Origin: Candidatus Poriferihabitaceae bacterium
GTDB taxonomy: Bacteria; Pseudomonadota; Gammaproteobacteria; Arenicellales; Poriferihabitantaceae
Direction: 5' to 3'
Assembly: GCA_965226545.1 (NCBI GenBank)
Contig: OZ245364.1
Span: 1,067,890-1,131,889, forward strand
Length of the DNA stretch: 64,000 nucleotides
In this document: positions 1 to 10,340 of the stretch, piece by piece
How the letters are laid out: each line of letters begins with the position of its first letter
How positions within the stretch are numbered: position 1 is the stretch's first letter
Notes under the pieces: model-generated
Databases searched by the model: none
What the model was told of the DNA's origin: nothing
What the model saw: only the letters and a program-made list of their open reading frames with translations
Program-made: the position numbers and the translations under genes

Positions 1-1160
<1,160 letters not shown>

Positions 1161-1219
1161 ACAACCCCAAGGGGTTTGGCTCTATGCGAGTTAAGGCAAA
1201 TGCGCCGATGACTGCCCAA

Positions 1220-1247
1220 TGTTGTTCAATTTGCAAATTGAACAACA
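1220..1247. repeat. Perfect 28-bp palindrome (14+14) in the 23S-5S spacer
   Basis: TGTTGTTCAATTTG immediately followed by its exact reverse complement CAAATTGAACAACA, 10 nt upstream of the 5S start. Confidence 0.9.
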
Positions 1248-1256
1248 CGACCGATT

Positions 1257-1376
1257 TGCCCGGCGGCCATAGCAGGCGGGTACCACCTGATTCCATCCCG
1301 AACTCAGAAGTGAAAACGCTTCGCGCCGATGATAGTGTGGGGTCTCCCCACGTGAAAGTAGGTCACCGCCGGGCAT
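1257..1376 (+). rRNA. rrf: 5S rRNA
   Basis: Canonical 5S sequence TGCCCGGCGGCCATAGCAGGCGGGTACCACCTGATTCCATCCCGAACTCAGAAGTGAAACGCTTCGCGCCGATGATAGTGTGGGGTCTCCCCACGTGAAAGTAGGTCACCGCCGGGCA; about 120 nt, directly after the 23S. Confidence 0.95.
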
Positions 1377-1387
1377 TTTATTTTTCC

Positions 1388-1420
1388 ATAACGCCATCAC
1401 TCGATGGCGTTATATTTATT
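1388..1420 (+). terminator. Rho-independent terminator of the rRNA operon
   Basis: 11-bp perfect stem ATAACGCCATC / GATGGCGTTAT with 4-nt loop ACTC, followed by the T-rich ATTTATT. Confidence 0.75.
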
Positions 1421-1491
1421 AATGGCGCCGCAAACCGCTTCGCCGATGCGGCAAGCCGTCGCCGTTTGTCGCACAACCGAAGGATTAAGAA

Positions 1492-1656
1492 ATGCGCTTG
1501 GATTTAAAGGAATTCCCCGCTTTTTTGCGAAACTTCGGGTTGGTTTTGTTGGCCGGCGGCGTGTTGCAAGGGGCGTTTGAAGTGTGGGATTTCAATGTGT
1601 ATAGTGTGTCTATCGTAGGCATTGCATTAATCGTTGCATCCTTTGTGCGGAGGTGA
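1492..1656 (+). CDS. Hypothetical 54-aa small membrane protein (below ORF-track cutoff)
   Basis: My own translation: MRLDLKEFPAFLRNFGLVLLAGGVLQGAFEVWDFNVYSVSIVGIALIVASFVRR. It has two hydrophobic segments and AAGGA lies 8 nt upstream of the ATG. Confidence 0.35.
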   Translation: MRLDLKEFPAFLRNFGLVLLAGGVLQGAFEVWDFNVYSVSIVGIALIVASFVRR

Positions 1657-1659
1657 TTT

Positions 1660-1767
1660 ATGGACCCATTATTAGTGTTTGCCTTGGTGACTGGCATACC
1701 GCTCCTGATTATTTATTTCTGGGCGTTATTCACCGGGCGGCTGGAAGACGAACCGGATGACAAATAA
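1660..1767 (+). CDS. Hypothetical 35-aa single-TM peptide
   Basis: My own translation: MDPLLVFALVTGIPLLIIYFWALFTGRLEDEPDDK. GGAGG lies 6 nt upstream, and the ATG starts 4 nt after the previous stop. Confidence 0.3.
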   Translation: MDPLLVFALVTGIPLLIIYFWALFTGRLEDEPDDK

Positions 1768-1855
1768 CACGGCGACAGCCGACGTACATTTTTGTTTTTG
1801 GCGCCTTTATTTTTTTGATAAAGGTTATTTTTAACTTAACGATGTGGAGGTTGTC

Positions 1856-1990
1856 ATGTCCAATGGACGCAATCCAAACGATGACCGTTCGGACGTAAAA
1901 AATCCGAACAATGACGCTTACGATGCGGATATGGAAAATCGTGAGCGGATGGGGCATCTGGATAACGATGATGACGACGACGAAGAGTAG
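1856..1990 (+). CDS. Hypothetical 44-aa hydrophilic Asn/Asp-rich peptide
   Basis: My own translation: MSNGRNPNDDRSDVKNPNNDAYDADMENRERMGHLDNDDDDDEE. GGAGG lies 6 nt upstream. The NPNN..AY motif resembles small conserved bacterial peptides; this is from memory and unverified. Confidence 0.35.
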   Translation: MSNGRNPNDDRSDVKNPNNDAYDADMENRERMGHLDNDDDDDEE

Positions 1991-2167
1991 TCGTCATCGC
2001 CGAGTTGTTGATGTGGTGAAGTTTTCTTGCCGGGACAGCAAGAACTTGTCTCATAGATAGAGATACCGGCGTGTGTTTGTCAGGATGACAAGCACACCGC
2101 CATTAAGCCGCAGAGTGGATTTGTAGGCAATTCATGTATAAATAACGGATTTGTCAAACTCTCGTTG

Positions 2168-2665
2168 TTATTCCACCCCCAACACCCCCCGCCCAACAAC
2201 CACCCCGTCCAAATCGCAATAAACGCAATCCCCCGGCACAAACAACACCCCGCCGAATGCCACCGGCACATCAATCGCGCCGATGCCAGTTTTGGCGCTG
2301 CGGGTTGGGGTGGCGGCGAGGGCTTTTATGCCGAGGGGGATGTCGGCGAGGCGTTCGGCGTCGCGGATGGCGCCGTTTATGATGACGCCGGACCAGCCGT
2401 TTTCGGCGCAGATGGCGGCGTAGCGGTCGCCCAACATTGCGGTGCGCATTGAGCCGCCGCCGTCGATGACCGCGATGCCGCCTTCGCCGGGTTGGGAAAA
2501 CAGCGATTGCGCGAGTTTGGAATCCTCCATTGTGACCACGGTGCGAATGCGACCGGCGAAGAGACGGGTTGCGCCGTAATCCACAAACGGCAACGTGCAG
2601 CGCAGCGCGTTTGGATTGGCGTCGTGCAGGTCGGTGGTTGGATGCGGCGGCAGGGCGTTTTTCAT
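2168..2665 (-). CDS. RraA family protein (RNase E regulator-like / 4-hydroxy-4-methyl-2-oxoglutarate aldolase-like)
   Basis: 165 aa. Family-typical strings GGIAVIDGGGSMRTAMLGDRYA ... GWSGVIINGAIRD ... PGDCVYCDLDGVVV. Confidence 0.85.
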   Translation of the reverse strand: MKNALPPHPTTDLHDANPNALRCTLPFVDYGATRLFAGRIRTVVTMEDSKLAQSLFSQPGEGGIAVIDGGGSMRTAMLGDRYAAICAENGWSGVIINGAIRDAERLADIPLGIKALAATPTRSAKTGIGAIDVPVAFGGVLFVPGDCVYCDLDGVVVGRGVLGVE

Positions 2666-2679
2666 ATTGGTGCCGAATT

Positions 2680-3828
2680 TTACTGCGGTGGTGCGCGAAA
2701 TTTTTTGGTGATGAACGGCAGGGCGAGGTAAATCAGCAACACGCGAAACACATGATGAAAGGCGACGAAAGCCAAATCAAAACCGAATAAAAAGGTCAAC
2801 AACGTCACTTCGTAAATGCCGCCGGGGATGAACGCCAACAGCAGATTGGCCGGCGATGCATCGACGAACCGCGCCAGCGCCAACGCGGTCAGGCAGTATA
2901 TCGCAACGATGAGCGCGGCGTTGACCAGCGAATCGCGCAGATAGCCGGTCAACTCCGCCGGCGTGACGCGCGCCAATTTTGCGCCGACGAAACCGCCGAC
3001 CGTGATTTGCGCGAGCAACATAAACTCGGCGATGCGCGGCGTGTTGACCGCGCCGACAAAATGCAGCGCGCCGCTTAACAACATTGGGCCGAGCAGATGC
3101 GGCATCGGCAGACGTATCAGCAAGGCGATGAGATAGCCGCCGACGGCGACGCCGAAAAATTGCGCCAACGCCAACGGCGCGACATCGACGACGCTTGGCA
3201 GGTCGGTCAATGCCGCATTGGATGCGTCGGTCGCATCGCCGCTGAACGCCGCGCTCAATAATATCGGCGTCAGGAAAAACACCAGCACGACGCGGGTCAA
3301 ATGGCAAATCGCGACGACATAATCCTTTTCACCGAGCATGCCGCCGACGGCGACCGCTTCGGCTTGACCGCCCGGCAAGCAACACAGCAGCGCGAGATTT
3401 TTGTCGTAGCCGCGCGCGACGGTGAGATGCCAAAACCCGCATGCGGTGGCGAGCGCGGTCGCAAAGATTAACCCGAGCAATGACGCCGACCATTGCGCGG
3501 CGTTGGCGAACAACTCGGCGGTGAACACGCCGCCGATGACCACGCCAAGCCCGAGCAGAATCGCGATGATGAACGCGCGCGGCACCGCCAACTTGTCGCG
3601 CAACGGTTTAATCAACGCGCCGCCGGCCCATACGCCGCATAAACTGCCGAGCAAATACGGCGCGGGCAACCCGATGAAGTGACACAACGCACCGAACAAT
3701 AAACCAATGCCGAGCGTGACGATGGCGCGGGCGACGGCGGCGAACGGCTGCAACGGCATTTGGGGAATCAAAGCGGTAACAATGAGGGACAAACGATGCG
3801 CGACAAACGATGGGGAACAAGCAAGCAT
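2680..3828 (-). CDS. AbrB-family (duplicated) integral membrane protein
   Basis: About 10 hydrophobic helices in two similar halves, with G/A/L-rich composition typical of the 'AbrB duplication' membrane family. The likely start is the internal MPLQPF at 3759. Confidence 0.65.
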   Translation of the reverse strand: MLACSPSFVAHRLSLIVTALIPQMPLQPFAAVARAIVTLGIGLLFGALCHFIGLPAPYLLGSLCGVWAGGALIKPLRDKLAVPRAFIIAILLGLGVVIGGVFTAELFANAAQWSASLLGLIFATALATACGFWHLTVARGYDKNLALLCCLPGGQAEAVAVGGMLGEKDYVVAICHLTRVVLVFFLTPILLSAAFSGDATDASNAALTDLPSVVDVAPLALAQFFGVAVGGYLIALLIRLPMPHLLGPMLLSGALHFVGAVNTPRIAEFMLLAQITVGGFVGAKLARVTPAELTGYLRDSLVNAALIVAIYCLTALALARFVDASPANLLLAFIPGGIYEVTLLTFLFGFDLAFVAFHHVFRVLLIYLALPFITKKFRAPPQ

Positions 3829-4152
3829 TCAAACGGCAAGTTAAGTAACAAGTTAACCGACAGGCAACCGTTGTTGATTCGCATTCCAAATTCGATTCGC
3901 GCGAGTGCGATTCGATAACTATTAATTATTAACTATTCACAATTAACAAACGGACAAAAACGATGAACAGTTAACGATGAACAATTAACAAATGCACAAA
4001 CGGTAAACAAACAACCAACGCGCGCATAGTATACTTGTCGTCATTACAACGCAACGTTAACTTGCACCACACACAACAACGGCGCGGCAATCAACACAGC
4101 AACTAACGCGTTTGCCGTCGCGTACAACGTAACGTTAACCAACACCAACGCC

Positions 4153-5124
4153 ATGAAAATTGCAATTTTGGATGATTACTTCGATACGATTCGAACGTTG
4201 CCGTGCTTTGCCAAATTGACCGGGCACGAAGTGACGATTTGGAATGACCATATCGAAGACATCGATGCGCTCGCCGAACGGTTGCGCGATGTCGAAGCGT
4301 TGGTGTTGTTTCGTGAACGCACCGCAGTGCGGCGCGATTTAATTGAGCGGTTGCCGAATCTAAAATTAATCAGCCAACGCGGCGTGTATCCGCACATCGA
4401 TATCGACGCCTGCACTGATGGCGGCGTGTTGGTGTGTACGAATTTGGCGGCGCGCGCGCCGTCATACGCCGCGGCCGAATTGACGTTTGGGTTAATGCTA
4501 GCCGCGTTGCGGCGCATCCCGCAACAGATGCGCGCGTTGCAGCAAGGCGTTTGGCAAACCGGCGTCGGCCACACCGCGCGCAACAAACGGTTTGGCGTGT
4601 ATGGCTACGGACGCATCGGCGCGGTGGTCGCCGATTATGCGCGCGCGTTTGGCATGCAGGCGGTTGTGTTTGGGCGCGAACAATCGCGCGCGCGCAGCCA
4701 AGCCGACGGCTTTATGTTCATCGACGACCGCCGCGAATTTTTTGCATCGTGCGATGTGCTGTCGTTGCATTTACGGTTGACGCCGGCGACGCGCGGCATC
4801 GTCACGACCGCCGATTTGTCGGCAATGAAACCGAGCGCGACGTTAATTAACACCAGCCGCGCCGGCTTAATCGCGCCGGGTGCGTTGTTGCGCGCATTGC
4901 AAAACGGCGCGCCGGGCGCCGCGGCGTTGGATGTTTTCGACTGTGAGCCGACCGCCGCCGACGAACCGTTGTTGGCGTTGCCAAACGTAATTTGCACGCC
5001 GCACATCGGCTTTGTGACCTTCGATGAGTTTGAGATTCAATTCGCCGATGTCTTCGATCAAATCGTCGCCTATCAACAAGGCGCGCCGATTCACGCGGTC
5101 AATCCGCGCGTCCTCGACCGCTAA
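4153..5124 (+). CDS. D-isomer-specific 2-hydroxyacid dehydrogenase family, NAD-binding
   Basis: Rossmann motif GVYGYGRIGAVVA, LSLHLRLTPATRGIV, catalytic region NVICTPHIGF. Confidence 0.9.
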   Translation: MKIAILDDYFDTIRTLPCFAKLTGHEVTIWNDHIEDIDALAERLRDVEALVLFRERTAVRRDLIERLPNLKLISQRGVYPHIDIDACTDGGVLVCTNLAARAPSYAAAELTFGLMLAALRRIPQQMRALQQGVWQTGVGHTARNKRFGVYGYGRIGAVVADYARAFGMQAVVFGREQSRARSQADGFMFIDDRREFFASCDVLSLHLRLTPATRGIVTTADLSAMKPSATLINTSRAGLIAPGALLRALQNGAPGAAALDVFDCEPTAADEPLLALPNVICTPHIGFVTFDEFEIQFADVFDQIVAYQQGAPIHAVNPRVLDR

Positions 5125-5328
5125 GGTTGCGCGGCGCACGGCGATTGCATACAATTTTCGCGGGCGGCAATTGCCGCGCTTGTCTTGTGTTGCCATCGCC
5201 ATCTCGATTGCCATGTCGATTTCGTATAGCCATTTCGATGTTGATGTCGATGTCGATTGTGATAGTGATTGCGACAACGTTGTGAAAGTTAAACTATTAA
5301 CACTTAACCGCTGATGCGGAGGAATGAA

Positions 5329-6408
5329 ATGAACGCGATGAAAAAGTTTTTTGCGGCGGTCTGCGTCGCGCTGGCGTTGGTGTCGATGCAAGTCGGCGCC
5401 GCCGATTTTGCCGGCAAGAACATTGAATGGGTGATTCCGTTTAAAGAAGGCGGCGGCTCGGATAAGTGGGCGCGGTTTTACGCGCCGCTGTTGTCCGAAG
5501 CGTTGCCGGGGCGTCCGAGCGTTGTGGTTAAAAACGTGCCGGGCGCGGGTTCGACCAAAGGCGCCAACTGGTTTGCCAGCCGCGCCAAGCCGGACGGCTT
5601 GACCATTCTCGGCACTTCGGGGTCGACGCAATTCCCGTTTTTGCTCGGCGACAAGCGCGTCAAATACGATTACGCCGATTGGCATGTCGTGCTGGCGACC
5701 GCCACCGGCGGGGTTGCATACTTGCCGCCGAAGTTGGCGAAGCGTTGGGCAAACAACCCGCGCGACGTCATCAACAACGTCAACTTCATCTACGGCTCGC
5801 AAGGCGCAACCCGTTTGGATTTGGTGCCGTTGCTGGCGTGGGAAATGTTGGGGCTGAAGGTCGACCCGGTGTTCGGCATCAAAGGACGCGGCGACGGGCG
5901 ATTGATGTTCGAACGCGGCGAAGTCAACATCGATTATCAAACCTCGTCGGCGTTTTTGTCCAAGGTGACGCCGTTGGTCGAAGAAGGCAAAGCCGTGCCG
6001 ATGATGACCTGGGGCGCGTTGGATAAACGCGGGCGAATTGTGCGCGACCCGACCTTCCCGGATATCCCGACGTTTAAGGAGGTCTACACATCAGTTCACG
6101 GCAAGGCGCCGTCGGGCGACGCTTGGGATGCGTGGAAGGCGTTTTTTGTCGCCGGCTTTCCGGCGCAAAAGATGGTGTTTTTGCCGAAAGGCGCCTCGCG
6201 CGACGTCATCAAAACCTATTCGAAGGCGTTTGCCAAAGTGATTGACCGCCCGGATTTTGCCGAGATTTCCAAATCCCGCCTTGGCGTGTATCCGCAATCG
6301 GTCGGCAAAGCCGCCGAAAAGAAATTGGTGCAAGGCACCGTGGTCGCCGAGTCGGCAAAGGTCTGGATTAAAAACTGGCTGGGCGAACGTTATGGCGTCG
6401 AACTGTAG
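5329..6408 (+). CDS. tctC: Tripartite tricarboxylate transporter substrate-binding protein (TctC/Bug family)
   Basis: Signal peptide MNAMKKFFAAVCVALALVSMQVGAA followed by the Bug-family opening KNIEWVIPFKEGGGSD. GGAGG lies 6 nt upstream of the 5329 ATG. Confidence 0.85.
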   Translation: MNAMKKFFAAVCVALALVSMQVGAADFAGKNIEWVIPFKEGGGSDKWARFYAPLLSEALPGRPSVVVKNVPGAGSTKGANWFASRAKPDGLTILGTSGSTQFPFLLGDKRVKYDYADWHVVLATATGGVAYLPPKLAKRWANNPRDVINNVNFIYGSQGATRLDLVPLLAWEMLGLKVDPVFGIKGRGDGRLMFERGEVNIDYQTSSAFLSKVTPLVEEGKAVPMMTWGALDKRGRIVRDPTFPDIPTFKEVYTSVHGKAPSGDAWDAWKAFFVAGFPAQKMVFLPKGASRDVIKTYSKAFAKVIDRPDFAEISKSRLGVYPQSVGKAAEKKLVQGTVVAESAKVWIKNWLGERYGVEL

Positions 6409-6700
6409 TATCCACTGCCGCAAGCCTCGCGCAACGCGCGCATTGTGCGCGGCGTCGACCAACCCGTTATGCGGTTGGTCGGCGCGTTGCTTGTGCATTG
6501 GCTTGCACACTTTCTTGCGCGCTTAATTCGTCTCTCGACTTCGCTTCGATTTCGATTTGCGTACGGGCGATTCGAATGCGATTCGAGTGCGGTTCGAATT
6601 CGATTCGACTTCGCTTCGACTTCGGCGCGACTTCGATTCACGATAATGCGCGCGTCGCCAACGTCAACCACCGCATCAGCGCAACCCCTCGTCAAGCGTT

Positions 6701-8713
6701 ATGGAATTTTTTAATCTTGCATTACCCGCGCTTAACGAGGCGTTTGCGCTGATTTTTTCACCGCAGGCGATGTTCTATCTCGCCGGCGGCGTGTTGCTCG
6801 GGTTGTGCGTCGGCGTGTTTCCCGGGCTCGGCGGCATCGCCGGGTTGTCGATGGTGTTGCCGTTTATCTACGGCATGGATCCGGTGTCCGGCTTGTCGTT
6901 GATGGTCGGCTTGGTTGCGGTGATACCAACCTCGGACACCTTCGCCTCAGTGCTGCTCGGCATCCCCGGCTCATCGGCGTCGCAAGCCACCGTGCTCGAC
7001 GGCTTCCCGTTATCCAAACAAGGCAACGCCGCGCGCGCCTTGGCTGCGGCGTTTACTTCATCGTTGTTCGGCGGATTGTTCGGCGCGTTTTTGTTGACCT
7101 TCTTTATTTTGATTGCGCGGCCGTTGGTGCTGGCGTTCGGCATCCCCGAATTGTTGTTGCTCACCATACTCGGCTTTTCGATGGTCGGCGTATTGGCCGG
7201 CAACAACCTGCTAAAAGGGTTGATAGCGGTCGGCTTGGGCGCGATGGTCGGCGCGCTCGGCGAAGCCCCGGCGCAAGGTTCGTCGCGGATGGATTTCGGC
7301 GTGTGGTATCTGCAGGACGGCTTTAGCCTGGTGGTCGTCAGCCTCGGCATCTTTGCAATCCCGGAAATCATTGCGCTGTTGCGCCAAGACCGCGCGATAT
7401 CAAAGCGCGCAAAACTCGGCGCCGGCTGGGCCGACGGCGTCGCCGATTGGTGGCGCAACAAATGGCTGTCGTTGCGTTGCGCGGCGATTGGCGTATTGGT
7501 CGGCGTCGTGCCGGGCATGGGCGGTTCGGTGGTCGATTGGATTGCCTACGGACACAGCATGCAATCCACCCGCGACAAAAGCCGATTCGGTCGCGGCGAA
7601 ATTCGCGGCGTCATCGGCCCCGAATCCTCCAACAACGCCAAGGAAGGCGGCGGGTTGGTGCCGACCTTGTTGTTCGGCATTCCCGGCTCGGGGTCGATGG
7701 CGGTGTTCATCGGCGGCATGATTTTGCTCGGCTATGAAGCCGGTCCGCAAATGATTCGCGGCGATTTGCCGATTGCCTACACGGTGGTTTGGTCGCTGGC
7801 GTTGGCGAATATTCTCGGCGCCGGCTTGTGCATCTTTTTATCCGGCGGCATCGCGCGCCTGACGACGATTCGCTTCGGGCAACTCGCGCCGTTTTTATTC
7901 ATGCTCATCGCCTTCGCCGCCTTCCAAACCAAACAAACTTTATGGGATGTGGTTGCGCTGGTGGTCATCGGATTGCTCGGCATCATGATGCGCCGATTCG
8001 GTTGGTCGCGTCCGGCGTTTCTCATCGGCTTTGTACTGGCCGAACAAGCCGAGGTGTACACTTATCAAGCGACGCAAATCGCATTGCTCAAGAAAAAATC
8101 GCTCGGCCTCGAGGGGATGTTGACCTATTTATTTTCGCCGATTGGCGTTACGTTGATTGCGGTGATTGTCGTGTCGGTGTGGCTCGGCGTCAAACAACTG
8201 CGCACCATGCAAGCATCCGCCGTGCCAAGTCGCGCCTCGGCCAAACGCCCGGCGGTGTTGTTTGCGGCCGGGCTGTGCATATTTTTTGCGATTGCGTTCA
8301 TCGATGCGATGCGGCTCAATGTATTGATTGACAAAGTGTTCCCGGCGACGGTGGCCGGGCTGTCGTTGTTGGGTTGCGCGGTGTTGTTGGCGCACATGGC
8401 GTTTCGCAAAGACGCCGCGCTGTTTCAAACCACTGTTGCCGACGCCGCCAATGTGCGCGGCTTATGGCCGACCTTGGGGTGGTTTGTGTCGTTGTTGGCG
8501 TTGACCGCGTTGTTTGGTTTTGTCATCGCGCTGGCGATTTTCTTTGTCGCGTTTTTGCGCGTGCATGAACGATTCACCTGGCGCAAAATCGCGCCGATAA
8601 CACTCGGTGCGCTGCTCTTTATCATCACGTTGGCCGGCATGTTAAACCGCGATTTCCCGGCCGGCTTGTTGCAGCAATTGGTGGAGTTGCCTTGGCCGTT
8701 GTCCGGGTTGTGA
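6701..8713 (+). CDS. tctA: Tripartite tricarboxylate transporter permease, TctA with C-terminal TctB-like extension
   Basis: 670 aa. The first ~500 aa are a multi-TM TctA-type permease (FPGLGGIAG, VPGMGGSVV, GIPGSGS). The last ~160 aa add four more helices of the TctB kind. No separate tctB ORF is present. Confidence 0.85.
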   Translation: MEFFNLALPALNEAFALIFSPQAMFYLAGGVLLGLCVGVFPGLGGIAGLSMVLPFIYGMDPVSGLSLMVGLVAVIPTSDTFASVLLGIPGSSASQATVLDGFPLSKQGNAARALAAAFTSSLFGGLFGAFLLTFFILIARPLVLAFGIPELLLLTILGFSMVGVLAGNNLLKGLIAVGLGAMVGALGEAPAQGSSRMDFGVWYLQDGFSLVVVSLGIFAIPEIIALLRQDRAISKRAKLGAGWADGVADWWRNKWLSLRCAAIGVLVGVVPGMGGSVVDWIAYGHSMQSTRDKSRFGRGEIRGVIGPESSNNAKEGGGLVPTLLFGIPGSGSMAVFIGGMILLGYEAGPQMIRGDLPIAYTVVWSLALANILGAGLCIFLSGGIARLTTIRFGQLAPFLFMLIAFAAFQTKQTLWDVVALVVIGLLGIMMRRFGWSRPAFLIGFVLAEQAEVYTYQATQIALLKKKSLGLEGMLTYLFSPIGVTLIAVIVVSVWLGVKQLRTMQASAVPSRASAKRPAVLFAAGLCIFFAIAFIDAMRLNVLIDKVFPATVAGLSLLGCAVLLAHMAFRKDAALFQTTVADAANVRGLWPTLGWFVSLLALTALFGFVIALAIFFVAFLRVHERFTWRKIAPITLGALLFIITLAGMLNRDFPAGLLQQLVELPWPLSGL

Positions 8714-9819
8714 ACAACGTGTCGTCTTCGCCCGCATCTTCTTCGTCGGCGTTGACCGCCACTCCATGCATCCTGATGCGTGGCGGCACGTCGCGCGGCG
8801 CGTATTTCAACGCCGCCGATGTGCCGCGCGCGCGCGACAAACTCGGTGAGTTTTTAATCGCGGCCATGGGCGCGGGTTCACCGCTGCAAGTCGACGGCGT
8901 CGGCGGCGGACAGCCGACCACCAGCAAAGCCGCAGTGTTGTCGCGCGCCGACCACGAGTGGGCGGAGATTGATTATTTGTTTGCGCAAGTGCATACCACC
9001 CGCCGCGAAGTCGATTTCACGCCGAACTGCGGCAACATTCTCGCCGGCGTCGCCCCGGCCGCATTGGAGATGGGTTTGGCGACCATCGACGGCGCAACCA
9101 CCCGCGTGCGCATCCGCAATCTCAACACCGACGCATTGGTCGAGGCGCATATCGAAACGCCGAACAATGCGGTCAACTACATCGGCGACGCACAAATCGC
9201 CGGCGTGCCCGGCGGTGCCGCGCCTGTGCGGCTGAATTTTATGAATGTGGTCGGCGCCGCCAGCGGCGCGTTGTTGCCGACCGGCAATGCGCGCGATCGT
9301 ATCGACGGCGTCGAAGTGAGTTGCGTCGATGTTGCGATGCCGATGGTGTTTGCGCGATGCGAAGATTTCGGCGTGTCATTGGATGATGCGCGCCGCCCCC
9401 TCGACGCCAACGCCAAATTATTCGAAAAAATCGAGCGGTTGCGAATCCAAGCCGGCGCAAAAATGAACTTGGGCGATGTGCGCAACAAAGTCATCCCCAA
9501 GGTGGCGTTGCTGGCGCGCGCGCGCCAAGGCGGTCACATCGCCGCGCGGTATTTAACGCCGTGGACTTTTCATCCGAGTTATGCGGTAACCGGCGCGCTA
9601 TGCACCGGCGCAAGCGCGCTGTGCGTTGGCGCATTAACCGCCGAACTCGCCGCACCGTGCGCATCAGGCAAACCGTTTGTGATTGAACATTTAAGCGGCG
9701 TCATCGAAGCGGTGTTTAATTATGAACATCAAGGCGATGCCTTGACGCTGCATTCCGCCGGCATACTGCGCACCGCGCGCAAAATTTTCGCCGGCGAAAT
9801 TTTTACCGCGGACAAATAA
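8692..9819 (+). CDS. PrpF family isomerase (2-methylaconitate isomerase / 4-oxalomesaconate tautomerase-like)
   Basis: Motifs PCILMRGGTSRGAYF and FTPNCGNILAGVAPAA. The track start is a TTG overlapping tctA by 22 nt, so the exact start is uncertain. Confidence 0.85.
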   Translation: MAVVRVVNNVSSSPASSSSALTATPCILMRGGTSRGAYFNAADVPRARDKLGEFLIAAMGAGSPLQVDGVGGGQPTTSKAAVLSRADHEWAEIDYLFAQVHTTRREVDFTPNCGNILAGVAPAALEMGLATIDGATTRVRIRNLNTDALVEAHIETPNNAVNYIGDAQIAGVPGGAAPVRLNFMNVVGAASGALLPTGNARDRIDGVEVSCVDVAMPMVFARCEDFGVSLDDARRPLDANAKLFEKIERLRIQAGAKMNLGDVRNKVIPKVALLARARQGGHIAARYLTPWTFHPSYAVTGALCTGASALCVGALTAELAAPCASGKPFVIEHLSGVIEAVFNYEHQGDALTLHSAGILRTARKIFAGEIFTADK

Positions 9820-9987
9820 TTCATTGCGTCGACGAACAGGCGGCGGGGTGATGTTGATGCGGCGTTTTGAAGCGGTGCGGTTGCTTTTGTTATAATCCGC
9901 GCCTATCCGCATTTGTTGATTTTTTACTTCGCATTGCACTTGTCGTTTTATTTACAACAAGCCAATCCGCAATTATTGGTGAACAAT

Positions 9988-10027
9988 TATAAATCTGGCA
10001 TTTAAAATATAAATCTGTCATTTAAAA
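9988..10027. repeat. 20-bp AT-rich tandem direct repeat x2
   Basis: TATAAATCTGGCATTTAAAA / TATAAATCTGTCATTTAAAA, with one mismatch. Confidence 0.85.
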
Positions 10028-10340
10028 TTCGGCGGTTGTTGGACTATCGATTGATGAACTTCGTTGGTGAGATATTGTGCGGCGAGCATCACTTCGCAGG
10101 ACAAGGGCGCGCGATTGTCATCGATATCGGTATGAATTGCGGTTTTGTATCGCTGTATTTTGCATCAAAACCACGCCCGTGCAAGTGCATAAAATGCAAC
10201 AACGCCGCGAAGCCGCGCGCACCAAATGAATCGTTAAACAGAAAAAACAAAGCAAACTGCCGGCGGCGATTTTTATCGCCTTGTTGCTCGGCAATATCGT
10301 GGGGTGGCAAATTAAATCCGGCGACTTAAAGCGACGCGGA

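Noticed and set aside
4867-5940. Long antisense or out-of-frame ORFs throughout the track. Examples: 4867-5940(-) 357 aa, 16782-17642(+), 17691-18575(+), 20544-21317(+), 26700-27551(-), 50925-51716(-), 54427-55311(+), 56084-56896(-), 56118-56969(+).
   Set aside because: They overlap genes with strong family signatures on the other strand or frame, and they are Arg/Ala/Pro/Gly-rich with no motifs. Such shadow ORFs are typical of ~60% GC DNA.
10036-10329. 97-aa ORF as an intact gene (and the 73-aa ORF antisense to it).
   Set aside because: Only the first ~45 codons resemble anything (methyltransferase motif I). The rest is low-quality Cys/Lys/Arg-rich sequence, so it is treated as a possible fragment only.
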